From Lepidodermella squamata (taxonomy: Eukaryota; Animalia; Gastrotricha): a DNA stretch of 64,000 nucleotides. Positions within the stretch are counted from its first letter, which is position 1, and each line of letters starts with the position of its first letter. Both the position numbers and the translations under genes were made by a program. This document shows positions 11,882 to 24,547 of this stretch, one piece after another. The stretch is from assembly GCA_047495785.1 (NCBI GenBank), contig JBLDXI010000007.1, positions 2,418,001 to 2,482,000 on the forward strand, given 5' to 3'. The notes beneath the pieces are model-generated. The model had not been told where the DNA came from. It worked only from the letters and a program-made list of their open reading frames with translations, and ran no database searches.

Positions 11882-12626
11882 GGCGCATCGCACGCACTCG
11901 AGAACGTTCTGAGGACAAAAACAAACAATTTGGCAACAACCCAAATTCAATTTAATTTCTAATTTAACTTACTAAGATTCATCGTCCGATGATTATTCAT
12001 TTCCCCAATTTCGTACTTTCGTGCTCGGCTTTCGAACTTTCAGTCAATGCATTGGAATATTTGACGTCAAATAGTTCAAATTTATGACATAGGTCACCAC
12101 GACGGCGTGATAACGAGAGCGAACGGCAAAACATGGGTAATAAAATCGCGTCGGCGGGCAGAAAAAATCCTCCTCTCTCAATTTCAAGTAATAAAATTGC
12201 TGGACGAAGGTAAATATACATGATAATTTCACACCTTCCTCGCCTCTTCGAGTCAGCCAAACAAAAAACAGCGTTCCGTCAACAAGGCAATTAAAACGGG
12301 GAGTTTTCCTAATTCCTGACTCTGCCGTATATTATGATGTGAATAAGGATGTTTTTCAGAGTTTAATTCACACCTGGAATTTTAACAGGTTACCAGACGC
12401 ACGTGTCCAGATCTTGACAGAAAGGGCAAAAAAGCGCCAAGATGACGCTGAAACGCGTGCGCATCATTGGCTGCTTGTCAAGTTTTATTGCCACGTGATG
12501 ACGCATCACCTCGCTGTTACTACAACACCTTTTCCACCACGTCTATGGCGCGTCGGAAGTCTATTGCCTCATCAGTCTGTCATTTTTCAACCACACGGAC
12601 AATAAAATAAACTGTATATAACTGAA

Positions 12627-14659
12627 ATGTTTTCTCTAATTGATAAAATCTCGTCGTTCATCGCTAAGCCCATCAGCTCGGCCGTCATGCTAGACATGTT
12701 TTCAAATGTGAATAAAAGGCGACGATCATCCATAGCCATCTACCCATTCAAACATATCGAAAACCAGCCGTCACTCCTCAAAGTCGATGAAGCTAATTTC
12801 GTCGAGAAAATGGCGATAAACGGCCAGCAAATGCTGGTCATCTACGGCTCTCAGTCCGGAACTGCCCAGGGCTTCGCGCATCGACTCGCGAAATCGGCGA
12901 ATCGATTTGGAATCAAATCGGTTGTTTACGACGCCAGCGAGTTGAACTATGATGATCTGCCGAAATTGGCCGCTGAAATCAGCAATAATCTCGTCGTCTT
13001 CTGCGTCGCAACTTACGGCGATGGCGAACCGCCTGATAATGCCTACGACCTTGATGATTGGCTCAAAAAAGGATCATCATCCGCCTTAAAAGGCGTCAAC
13101 TACGCAGTTTTCGGGTGTGGCAACTCGAGCTACGCGAATTTCAACAAATTCGGAAAATTTGTCGATGAATCAATGTCTCAACTCGGCGCGGAAAGAGTGT
13201 GCGATATTGGAATCGGTGACGTCCGTGAAGATATTCAAGGCGACTTCACGCAATGGTCCGATAAGTTTTGGGAGTCAGTTTGTCATAAATTCAGCATTCA
13301 GCCTGTTTCGACAAGTTCAAACGAGAGGCGGCGATTTTTGCGGGGAAAAATTTGGCCTGGTGCCAGAATTTTCAGAGGCGAGCCAGCTCTCGCCGGGTCT
13401 TATGAAGACCAAAAACCTCAATTCACCCCGAAAAATCCTTTTCTATCGGAAATCACCCTGAAAAAAGAGCTGAATAAAGTTGGACCAAGATCTTGCCTTC
13501 AAATCGAGCTGGATATCAATGGTAAAACTTTATTAATATTAATAAAATCCACCTTAATTTTTTTTATTTTTCCCCAGGAAGCGATTTTTCTTATAAACCT
13601 GGTGATCATCTGGCGATCTTGCCGTCAAACGATCCAGACCTAATCGAATCGTTAGGCAAACGCTTGAATATCGACCTCGATGAGGTGATAAATCTGGAAG
13701 CTATCGATCTGTCGGATTCGCTAAAATGTCCCTTCCCATGCCCGACAACTTATCGAACAGCCTTCACGCATTACCTCGACATTTCAGCCCCGGTAAAGCC
13801 GTCGGTTTTAGCCACTCTATCGCCTTACGCTGGAGACGAAGATCTAAGGCAGAAGCTAAGTCTAATGAGTTTATCGACTAAGCGTGGGAAATCGGCCTAT
13901 AAGCACTGGATCGTAAAGGATAGGAAGAACATTTTGGATGTTTTGATGGAAAATCCGAGTTTAAACCCACCCGTTGATTTATTATGCGAAATTTTACCAA
14001 GACTGGCTCATCGATACTACTCAATCGCCTCTTCGTCTCAATTTTCCCCGAATTCAATTCAAATCGTTGTATCAATTGTCAAATATCAAACTGAAACAGG
14101 CCGTGAGATGAAGGGTGTCTGCACGGACTTTTTATCCCGAGCTAAAATCGGCGATAAAATTCCGATTTTTCTTCGCAAATCGAATTTCCACCTGCCGCCG
14201 GTGAAAGATGCACCAATTATTATGATCGGCCACGGATCAGGATTAGCGCCGTTTCGAGGATTTCTACAAGATCGATGCGCGGCTGCAATCAAGGGATCTT
14301 CTCATCTCTATTTCGGGTGCCGAAATAAATCCGTGGATTTTATTTTCGAGGACGAACTAATCGATTTAAAATCGAGAGGGATATTGCCAACCTGCGAGGT
14401 AGCTTTCAGCCAGGACGGTCCAGAAAAATCTTATGTTCAACACCTCTTGGAGAGAGATTCCTCGAAATTATGGCATTTGATCAATGAAGAATGTGCAGTT
14501 ATTTACGTATGCGGAAATGCGAAAACTATGGCCGTTGATGTATTTGCGGCATTACGCGGTATTGTCGCCCAGCAAGGCGGGATGAATGATGAATCGGCAG
14601 CGAGGTACATGAAAAAACTGATCGATCAGCGAAGATATATGACTGATGTTTGGGTGTGA
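12627..14659 (+). CDS. POR: NADPH-cytochrome P450 reductase, ~658 aa; exons 12627-13521 and 13578-14659
   Basis: FMN motifs YGSQSGTA, ATYGDGEPPDNA, FGCGNSSY; PFPCPTTYRTAFTHYLDI; RYYSIASS; YFGCR; YVQH; YVCG; terminal DVW; 56-bp intron restores YKPGDHLAI. Confidence 0.95.
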
Positions 14660-16338
14660 ATAATAAGTTTTCAGACGGCGTAACCTAATTTTAAATTACG
14701 AACTGTTTTTTTACGACGCAGTTTTCTGTTTTACTCAATAACACCTCCCGGTCGTAAAAATAGCAGAAGGAGTTTCTATTTTACTCGCTGCGGTTTTAAT
14801 ACCTATTTTTGTTTTTTTTCACATGGGAAAAAATAAAGCATTATCAGTGCGAATTGGTTTCATTGATCAAAGTTCGATATTCTATTGTCTTCATATAAAT
14901 AATGGTGTTTTTATTTTAAAATAAAGCCTAAAAATGATTTTTTGCAATCATTTACCTCAATTTTTTCATTACCTGGAAAACTCATTACCAGGTGCTTCTT
15001 TATTCAATTTAAATAATTTAATTTACAGCCCACGGTCTTTTTTTCATTGGGATGAAATTTCGATTATCCAGTGACTTCTAAAATTACTTTTCGGATTCAA
15101 TGCTAAAATTATCTTTATTTTTTTCAATTTATATGACGATTTCAACTTTTTTCTCATTTTTTCCCCATGTTTTAGCTTCAGGAAATTTTGCCTAATAGCA
15201 TGAAATATTAATTCGAGAGGGCTTTTCAAAAGTTCGTTCATGTTTATTTTTAATCCTCGCCCATGGCCGTTTTGTTCGGTAATTTTCCAAAAAATTGTCC
15301 GCACGTCCGTGTAAGTTGCATTTTCGATGCGCAGTTTATTTTAAAATGTTGCCCTAGATCAAGAATATATTGCCGGCACGCGGTGTTATGATAATTGTAA
15401 TCACTCGATAAAAATTGATTGCTTGCCGGGACCGGGGATTAAACAAATAAAGACTGAGACACTGGATCTGCGTCATTGCACATTCCGCTTGTAAATATAA
15501 ATACTCACCTATCTCAAAAGATGATGTGCGGCAATTACAGGAAAGTCTCATCTATTAGTAATTTTATCGATTTGGACCCACTATCAAGTATAGATTCGTT
15601 CAACTCTTGAGCGTTCTCGATTTCTTACTATCGCGCACTCGGCAGCAACTTCCGCTAATTTTCAGGAAATGAGATGTCATATGATCTCTGTCATCACACT
15701 TCCTGTTTATATTAGGTCAAATGACATTATCACATTCCAATAGTTTTCAGGTCATAGGTATAGGTCACAAATCCCAAAAGACCGAGTTTAAAAATTCCTA
15801 GTAAATTTCGAGTAAAACTCTGTAAAGCTTTATTATGAAATTCTCATCAGCTGACACCCTTTATAGACTCCAGACACCCTATATCGAGTGTGCTAACAGA
15901 TTCAATTCACCTTTGGCGAGTCGGAAAGTGGCCAAATATCATGAGATCCCTATTAAATGCTTAAGCCTGCAAGCTAATTTTCAGGGGAAATACGATGCTG
16001 CCTATTAAAATCGAAACTTGGGAAAATAATGGCCGCACTCGAATAAAGACCGTACCCGATTAATTTTGACCTATTTCTCGAAAAACAGGAAAATTACTCG
16101 CCGCCGCCTTTTTATACTGCACTGTATTATTAGCGAGAATAGATTAGTCATCACCTTTTCCTCTTGAATCCGTAATCATCGAAAATCGAAACCAATGTCT
16201 CCATGCATTGTGATTTGTTTTGTTATTTCAGGTGACACTCTTAAGGAGGCTGTTAATTATTAACAAAAAACGTCGCAATTTTACTCTGCAAAGATTCCGA
16301 CCACATTCAGTTTCAGAAATTTCCAGCATTAATCAACG

Positions 16339-17469
16339 ATGAACGCTGTCACATGCCAACCTGGCTGGGGGGGTCCCGACTGCTCGGATGGTTAGACAAT
16401 TTTTAATATAAATTTTAGATTTTATTTTTAGAATAATATCGTGTTCAGAAATATTGGAGGTGTAAATGATCGAAGCCTCCCAAGTGGCCGTTTATTTTTT
16501 CTTTGTTCAGTTTTTTGAGACAAAGGTTACCATGAGACTCATTGCGCTTTAGTTTTTCATAAACTAACGCGCTGGGAATATTCAGAAATAGTAGCAGCTT
16601 GTTTGGCCTATAAAATAATGTTTATCCAATCGCTGGGGTAACTCATTATTCAGCCAATTATAGCCGAAGTGACTAACCAATGTCCCGAGGGAACAAGTTT
16701 AAACGGACATTTGCATACAGGAGTCGGCTCATTATTTGAAATGCAAAGCTAGCTTGTTATCTTTTGCGCAACAAAATTTAAGAGATTTTTTTTCAAATTT
16801 CAGTTATGGACAACATTTTCACAAGTTAGTCACCGTATCTGATAGAATTTCTTGCATAATTTAATTAATTTTTATTAATGTGAAGACTTTAAAATGTGGC
16901 CAAATGTGGGTTTCAAAATTTCAAAATCTCACATTTTTCTTCTGTTCAGTGCCGATTTAAATTCAAATTTGAACGAAATTTTAAGGAAATTTCAGGTTTA
17001 TATTTTAAATTTCATAGTAAGAGTTTTTTAATTCTTTTTAATTTTCTTAAAACTTTTTTTAAAACTTCAAAATTTTATTTTTGCAGCAGTCTGCAATCCA
17101 AAATGTAAAGAAGGCGAGGTTTGCATTGCCCCGGACACTTGCTCTTCAAAAATCGACATCCCCGAAGCTAACGGCGTATCGAGGTGCCGTCATTTCTTTG
17201 TCGCTGATTCGGCCCTGGAAGAAAATCACGCGCTCGAAGATCACTTAATACAACTACCAAGATTATCAAGCAGCCAGGTGGCCACTCTGGTGCTGATCTG
17301 TGTCGCCAGTTTGTCAATCCTATTCATATGTTCCTTACTGGTTTATGCTACGAAACGAAGCGCTGAGCATTACATGAAGAGAATAGCGGCGGCTGATAGA
17401 AAATCAACATCGTCATCGAAAAAACTGGTGATTCAAGATAATGCGCGGCTCAGCATAGATGAAGCCTAA
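16339..17469 (+). CDS. Small EGF/NIM-repeat-like single-pass membrane protein, ~144 aa; exons 16339-16390 and 17087-17469
   Basis: Splicing gives TCQPGWGGPDCSDAVCNPKCKEGEVCIAPDTC then TM VATLVLICVASLSILFICSLLVYA; exons conserved in copy 2 while the intron diverges; further 5' exons possible. Confidence 0.65.
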
Positions 17470-18124
17470 AATTGGTATCCGAAAACTTTCCAAGCACGAC
17501 GTGCTCTATCAAAAATGTCCGGCTTCATTTTGCTGCCCAGATTTTTTGTTAAAGAATAAAGATGAGTCATTTATTTGATTTTTTCTCCAATTTCCAATAT
17601 AAAAAACTAGCAAGGTGGCGACTCAGTTTTATCTGGAAGACACGATATCGATCGATTATCGAAATGAACTAAACTATTCGCGTTGTTTGCGCAGCGTGCA
17701 GGTTTTGTTTTTGCGAGTTTTTTTCTGCCGTGCCTAAGGGGACGCCTTTGCACCAACGCCTGGCGACTGATTATTGTGTGACCGCAGCTGCTGCTGCTGC
17801 TGCGTCGCAAAAAGACGAAGCGAAGCTGCACCGAATCAGTCCGAAGGCTGATAATGGCTCTCTTGCGGGTTGGGACTATTACCAACAAAAAACAGAGATA
17901 ACAAGCTACCCTGGTAATTTTATTATCGCTGATCTCTACCAGAAACAGGATTTTTCGTGCGCAATGGTCAAATAAAAACTCCTCCTTAAAAAATATAATT
18001 TATTCTGTTTTTTTCAGAAATCACTTTGTTCCCCATGTTTTTTCTGTTTTTATCGTCTTTAGATATTATGAAAGAACAGATTTTACATCTTGCAGAAAAT
18101 TGGCATCAATTATAACGGGTCGGC

Positions 18125-20718
18125 ATGTCATTAACCTGCAATAGAACAAATGCGTCGTGCCCTACTTTCAACGTGACCTCACACGATAATGACAACACTC
18201 TAATTATTGCTTTCGAGTGCATCTTTGTCGCTCTTTCTCTACTAGCTAGCATTTACGCCCGTTTCGCCGACCAGGATGACCGGAAAAAAGTTGAAGCCGT
18301 TCAATTTAGTAATTATTGCATAAAATCGCTATAATTTCAGTGGAGTTTTATGCCGCTTATCAACAATGAATCGCATCAAAAGTTGGAATATAAAATTTCG
18401 ATTTTCTGCTCCGGTGTTCGATCCGGTCACCTGGGTCCGAAAATTTCTATCCGCCTGCTCGGTGAAATTTGCGATACAACATGGCGCCATTTGGACGATG
18501 GCATTCGAAAGGTTTTATCCCCAAATCCCTTTCGAAATTGAATCAACTTTTTTCTACATAGTCATTCGATGGGTCGTCGAAAGTAGAAAATTTCAGTCTG
18601 AGAACATTCACGCCACTCGGTCGGATTAATACGGTTGAGGTGAATGTAGGGTGTCAGCTCGAGCCCCGGCTAAACGATGTCCCTTATTCGATTTACATCG
18701 ACCGCATTGTTGTCACGGACGTTGAGGAAAGTAACAGGTAAAAATTAATAAAAAATTGAATTGCTGTCATTAATTTCATTAATTCAGATTCGTGTTCTTT
18801 GCCAAGTCCCGAATTGTTAATGGCGGCTTGAATAAATGTTTCCAGCTGGCCTCGAAAAAAGAATTCGAGAGCTTCTTACTATTGTTAAGCGATTACCTCA
18901 CAACTTGGCTATTTCAAAGCCATTCTTGGATGTCAGCTTTTCAGGTAGATCATTTCAACTTGAGGTGCTTCGAACAACATTTTTGTTCCGCAGAGATGTT
19001 TTCCTGATAGTTTGTCGAAAATGCATCGAATCGCCATTTTGGCCAGCGGGGTTAGCCTTGCAATGACTTCGAACGCCATTCTCGTTAACTCAGATTACAA
19101 AGACAATAGCCAACTCATCTCAGCATTCTATATTTCACTTTCCCTCACTGTTCCTCTGTATGCAATTGAACTCGCATACCGAACTAAATTCTGGCTGGCT
19201 TCATGGGCAGGTATATCATGAGATTCGTCAATATTTATTGTAAACAAAATCACTATTTTTTAGCATTTGCTGCCGGCTTTTCATCTGCCTCGTACCATGT
19301 CACTGTGTCTAGTTTGTCCTGGACGTCAGAAAATTCTAAACAATGGCTATATTTCATGCTGCTGTATCTCGTTTTCGACATTTTCGTCGTTCAGTTGTTA
19401 AAAGGAACCCTCATCGCAGTTGTTAATTCGGCGTTGGGCCGGCTACCTGGCGATGAATCACCCTGGAAGTACGAGACAATTTTCAACGATGGTCTCCTGA
19501 TCACAGATATTGGTCTCGCTGAAAGCCAGGACTGCGAATCAACCAACAGTATTTCACATTTTAATTTCAATTATTTTGAAAATCTTCCCATAAATTAGGC
19601 TTTTCTAGGTTTTTCTGATTCCATTTTTTGTTTCAAAGTTTTTTGCGGCATAGACGTTTTTATCTTCCCATTTTAGTGCGTTTGGCGACGTGGCCTTACC
19701 TGTGTTCATAACTGAGCAAAATAGGAACATTGTGGGCTAAGAAGCTCTTGATCTACCTTGAAATACTTCCAAATATGGCATAGGTGACAGATAGTAATTT
19801 GGAAAATTGATGATCCGGGCTTCCCGATTTTTTTTTCTTTTTTTTTCACGGAGTCGATAAGGTTTCCCAACTCTACCATTAGCAACATATCGATCGTATC
19901 ATTAATAATGGAATGTTTTCGTGAAAAAACAAGAAACAAGATTTTCCCTCCAACCTTTTGCATGCATAATTACTTTGTTTTTTCACAACAAATTTGCATA
20001 ATTAATGATGCAAGGTAAAAAATTGCTGCGGGGAGCATACGTCCTGTGGAAACTTTGGGTTATTAGCACCCTGAATGCATTTTTGAAGGATGAAGGAGGT
20101 GATATCTATAAAGCTTCCCATTCGCCTTTTAAATGAGCAGCAATACATTTTTAAACTTCGACGTTTAGGAATTTTTAAGGGAATTACCAAGTTTCTTGAA
20201 TCGTGGATATAACATTCAAGTATTTTCTTGTTTTAGTTGAAAATGCACTTCTTCGACTTGATCGATTCGTCGAGCGGCGATTATCGATGATAGAAGCCGG
20301 CGATGATCAGGACAAACTGATAAGAAATGCAATCGCCTTAATGGCCGAGAGAATGGTCGCGCCGCCGAACGAGCAGCTCATCGACGGCCCAGTCTATGTC
20401 CCATCGCCCGAAGAAGGCAACGCAACATCTGCCGGGCCGGACTACGCAGACGACGGTTATCAGTCCATCACAGGCGGCATCGATTCATCTCGCCGGGGTT
20501 CGATGTGGTCGTTCGAGGCTGATGATGAAGAAATGGCGATTCGGCAACGCCGTTGGACGACTTCGACCCCGGCCAGGAGGAGGTCGAGTTTGCTGAATAT
20601 GCAGAACGAACAGGTGGAGTGTGGTGGCTATCGGGCGAGGGCTTCGACGTCTGATGCGCACAGTGTGGCGGCTCGAGCCGCTCGGAAACTTGCTGCTATC
20701 AGATCGAACAGGGTTTGA
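18125..20718 (+). CDS. Miniature polycystin-1-like protein (TM1-PLAT-TM2-5 + disordered tail), ~550 aa; exons 18125-18289, 18341-18511, 18562-18737, 18788-18944, 18994-19210, 19264-19548, 20237-20718
   Basis: PKD1-family signatures YARFADQDD, YKISIFCSG..ISIRLLG, PLGRI..IDRIVVTD, HSWMSAF, AMTSNA, SKQWL..VVQLLK; five 49-53 bp introns are frame-compatible; the last-exon link (688-bp phase-1 intron) is inferred. Confidence 0.72.
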
Positions 20719-20939
20719 CTTATATAATTTGATGCTTATTTTTAGAATCGTGAAGTATTTACAAGCAAATGTAACGATTGAAACGCCTGGTTATGTTGTG
20801 TAATGTTGTGAATTTTAATTCGACTTGTGAAATAAAATTTCTATTTTGTTCAATGCTTGGCGGTTTGTTGGTTGGTCTAGCCAAAGACCTGGCTCGATTG
20901 GATGCTGTTGTAGTAAGCTCTTATTTAACGGAATCGTGT

Positions 20940-22040
20940 TTATTCAAATTTCAAATAACGGAGCAAAACAGGAGGCAAGACGCCACTCAATCCATTGTCT
21001 ATAGCATTGTTTCGCTTTTTGTAACCAGTCGGCAGTCGGTTGAGAATTGCCATCCTACACATAGCTTGAAGCTTCATCGGGAAAAGTTCCATAACACGAG
21101 GCATCAAAATCTGATTCACAACAATTCCAGCTGAATCATTCGTCGGGGCTTTGTATGCTTCAGGGTTGAATGAAGAAGTCATACGAGCAAATAAAAGCAT
21201 ATCAAATAACTGATGGTCGACTTGATCAGGGGTATTTATTCTGTCGCAAGCCCATCGCGCCACGATTATGCTCGTGAAATAGTCATCTTCGGCACAGGAT
21301 TTGCATAAGAAACCAGACCTTATCAGAGATATCGTGAAGTCAGCTATAGGACCACGGGGATAAACGGGTAATGTTATCCCTTGAATGGTGGCGTAATCTG
21401 GTTTTGTAACCATGCAATTGCCCCAGTCATGGTAAGCCAAATCATTAGAATACTCAGCTCCAGCTTCGATCAGCATTCTCGCTATTTCCCAGTTGGAATT
21501 CCACCTGATACAGGAATTTAACAAGGCCATTGACCTATCTTTTGGTACATCCAAATTCGCCCCACGGCTTAGAAGGAGCTCCACAACAGGTTTAAACTCA
21601 CGTTCGACACTCCATTTCAAAGCCGTGTTTAAATGAGGATCTCCGTAATTGACATCAGCGCCATGATCGAGTAGAATTCTCACGGTTTCCACGCGATCTT
21701 CGAGACGGTCTCCACCTCGATTATCTATTATCAAATATGAACCGAATGAATCAAGTTCAGCGCTTCTTATATCAGGATGGCAGGCTGCTGTTAAGCATGT
21801 GAATTCACAATGAGGTGGAGCGTAACTTTTGAGACCGTATGATACTGGAGTATCCAAGTTCACTTTAACCACGGATAACAAATAGTTGAGGCATTTAGGA
21901 CTTGCTGTAGCGCTGATCAGCCGAGCGATTTTGTCGGATCCAAACACTGAAATCTCCCTGTCCAGCAGGCGGGAAAACTCGGAAATGTTGTCGTCATCGC
22001 ATGCTTGAGCGAATTCAGCTCGATCAAAATCATAGCTCAT
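20940..22040 (-). CDS. Ankyrin-repeat + SOCS-box (ASB-like) protein, ~366 aa, intronless
   Basis: VRILLDHGADVN, VVELLLSRGANLD, ARMLIEAGA ankyrin motifs; C-terminal PMKLQAMCRMAI..LPPVLLRYL SOCS box; ATG at 22040 matches the start of copy 2. Confidence 0.85.
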   Translation of the reverse strand: MSYDFDRAEFAQACDDDNISEFSRLLDREISVFGSDKIARLISATASPKCLNYLLSVVKVNLDTPVSYGLKSYAPPHCEFTCLTAACHPDIRSAELDSFGSYLIIDNRGGDRLEDRVETVRILLDHGADVNYGDPHLNTALKWSVEREFKPVVELLLSRGANLDVPKDRSMALLNSCIRWNSNWEIARMLIEAGAEYSNDLAYHDWGNCMVTKPDYATIQGITLPVYPRGPIADFTISLIRSGFLCKSCAEDDYFTSIIVARWACDRINTPDQVDHQLFDMLLFARMTSSFNPEAYKAPTNDSAGIVVNQILMPRVMELFPMKLQAMCRMAILNRLPTGYKKRNNAIDNGLSGVLPPVLLRYLKFE

Positions 22041-22820
22041 TTTCAATGCGAAATGTATATTTATGTATACGAACGCGGAACGTGAGCTAATAACCAATGC
22101 GATAAGCAGAAATGTATGTTTATGTGAAATGTATATATGGTACGAGGCTAAGTAATACAGTGCTCCCCCGATATTTGCAGGGGGTCGGGGTCCACGCAAG
22201 GGTTGCTTTTATAGAGGGCTAGCGATGAATCATAAGTGCGTCACAGGTTTTTTTCTCAGTTGCTAGGACGACGTTGATTTAAGTGGTTAGCCATATCCAA
22301 AATAATCTGGTCTGAATGAATTATTCTTGCAATAATTTTCGATGTGGCCCATTTCATTTTTTAAGCAAGATTTGTTCACTTAAATTCCAATCATTAAATT
22401 TTGACGAATACTATTTTGAAATATTTTTCAACCCATAGATTTTTTTATATGATAAGGTACATAAATACTAAAAACCTTAAACAGAATTCAAAATGTGGTA
22501 ATTGCAGGTATCTCGTTTTCGGAGTTTGAGCTTCATTTGAAAAATCGCCCACCCTCCCCATTTAGCGGCATCGTTAAAGGCTTAGTTAAACGAAGCTTTG
22601 TCAAAATTGCAATTCACTTCTTTTCCCTTTTCATCCAATTTTTTCAACCCAGTTACTGATAAGAGATAAGGGGAATGCGATAAGCACCAATTTTGTGTAG
22701 GTGAATGCAAAGATGACGCAGAATAGAAGCTCGTGTATCTTTGCAGCGAGAGATCCTTTCATACGCATCAAATAATAGCACTGAGAAATACCTACCTTTG
22801 AAGAGCGATTGAGGTCCACG

Positions 22821-23910
22821 ATGTTTAAATTGTTATCCCTCCCTTGTGTCTTGGTATGCAATGAACAATTCGTAATGAAGCATTTTCATTGTAGTTACTG
22901 TTTCGCTTAGCTGGCAGGTTTGGCCTGTGCTGAAGTAAATCTCAGTGACAGAGCTGCTCTCCCCAATGCAACACCGGTTGCAGAGATAGATTGGTCGAAC
23001 AAGTTCGTACTTGAAGACGAATCTGGTCATGCTTGTGCCATCCTCGTTGCTGAATACTTCAACGTTACGGCAGTGGATTGCAACGGAATCTATGGTAGCT
23101 GGCTTATCGTCAAGAACAACACCAAGGTTGAGGGAAACTGCGAAGCTGAGTTCAACTTTATGAAGATTATCGATGCCGCCAATAAGGTTCAGGTCAGTGC
23201 TTTCGATTAGATCCTGATGAAATGAATTACTTGGGCTGTGTTTTGTTGAGTTCCAGAGATGCTTTCAGCAAAACTGAAATGCTTTCTTATCTTTGAAACC
23301 TACTGTCGTGGAATGACAAATTTTAGATTGATTATTTATATGATCTTGCCTCTTGCCCTCGGAATCCTTAAACAAACCTGATTTCTCGTGTATCCATTAC
23401 GGAATTATATAATTGAAGTTGTCATACTTTTTTAAGGTCTGGTTCAACTTCACCAAGACTGGCAACGATAACTTCCATATTGGCTACGCTGCTGTTGCTT
23501 TCGGCCTCGTGGATGCTCCCATGTGCATTGATTCGCGTGACATGGTAAGCAGTGACATGAGAGCTCCTGAGGGCTACGTTTACCGCTGCAAAGCCGAGAC
23601 AAGCATGGTCTTCGGAACAGCCATCGTATACTTGTCAGGCGTCAAGTTGCAAGCTTTCCATCAAGGCAATAGCACTGACTTGACTGGTATGGATGAGTAC
23701 ATCTGCGCGGAGGATGACCCCGAGTCAAACATTCTATCGATCGTCGTCAGTTCCCTGGCTGTTCTATTCATCATAATCGGCATAGTAATCCTTGTGCTCA
23801 TTGTGCGTGCGGTCTATTTCAACGGCTTTTATGTGAAAAAGAGCGAGCCAATTTTAGGTGTAAATCACGATGAGCCAGCGAAACTAAATAAAAGATTATT
23901 CTATGGCTAG
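22821..23910 (+). CDS. Single-domain LAMP-like type I membrane glycoprotein, ~262 aa; exons 22821-22853, 22911-23192, 23437-23910
   Basis: Signal peptide restored by 57-bp intron; LAMP-like motifs CAIL, VEGNC, FNFTK, APEGYVYRC, VKLQAF, CAED, then TM. Confidence 0.8.
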
Positions 23911-23924
23911 CTATAGAATACCTA

Positions 23925-24547
23925 CAGGGTGTTTCATAAAAATTCGTACGAGATGCATGATATTAGCATGCAGAGATAATATAAGAAAAGTACTGCCGTT
24001 ATCACAAGGTTGCATTGTTCTTGTATTAAGCGTCAATGCTCATGGCAGAAGTTCAGCAGAGCTCCGAATTCGCCGCGCTTGTTGTGAGTTTAAAAGATCG
24101 ACTTTGAAAACATATAGGCAGAGCTGTGATAGTCCATGATTAGCCAAGGACGTTACGATGAGCTCAATCGCCACGGTACATGACTGCGGGGTTTACCGAT
24201 TAGCAATTGTTCGGCCAGGCCATTTGAAGAAGTAGGATTAAATTATTCCCGAATATTTCATTTACATTTCTAGAATAAAAGTGAAGGGGAGATAACTTAT
24301 TCGGCCAAACTACGGAGTCAAGTTATGCGAGAGTGGAAAATTAAATTTACCCTAAATTTTTCACGTCAACTCATACGAAATTAATAAATATTTAAATGAC
24401 TATTTTTAGTGACATCTCATCCGTTACAACTCGGCCGGGGGGTCAAGGGATGAGTTGTCACTAAAATTATTTGTTTGATATTTAAATAATTTTTGATAAT
24501 ATTTTTTAAAATTCAGAAAAAATACGAGGAAATTTTTGGCCACCCTG
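23925..24547. mobile_element. Non-autonomous TA-flanked element with CAGGGTG termini (Tc1/mariner-like)
   Basis: TA-CAGGGTG ... CACCCTG-TA; imperfect beyond 7 bp; internal hairpin ~24405-24467; same element at 55243-55834. Confidence 0.5.

Noticed and set aside
17787-17804. (GCT)n tract and overlapping short ORFs (also ~42608-42635)
   Set aside because: Simple microsatellite; ORFs are not conserved between the duplicates
20203-20718. Stand-alone gene
   Set aside because: ORF-track start is GTG; a conserved phase-1 acceptor at 20236 fits it better as the last exon of the PKD1-like gene, though internal ATGs exist
22158-22200. Tigger/pogo-like left end TA-CAGTGCTCCCCCG
   Set aside because: No matching right TIR found
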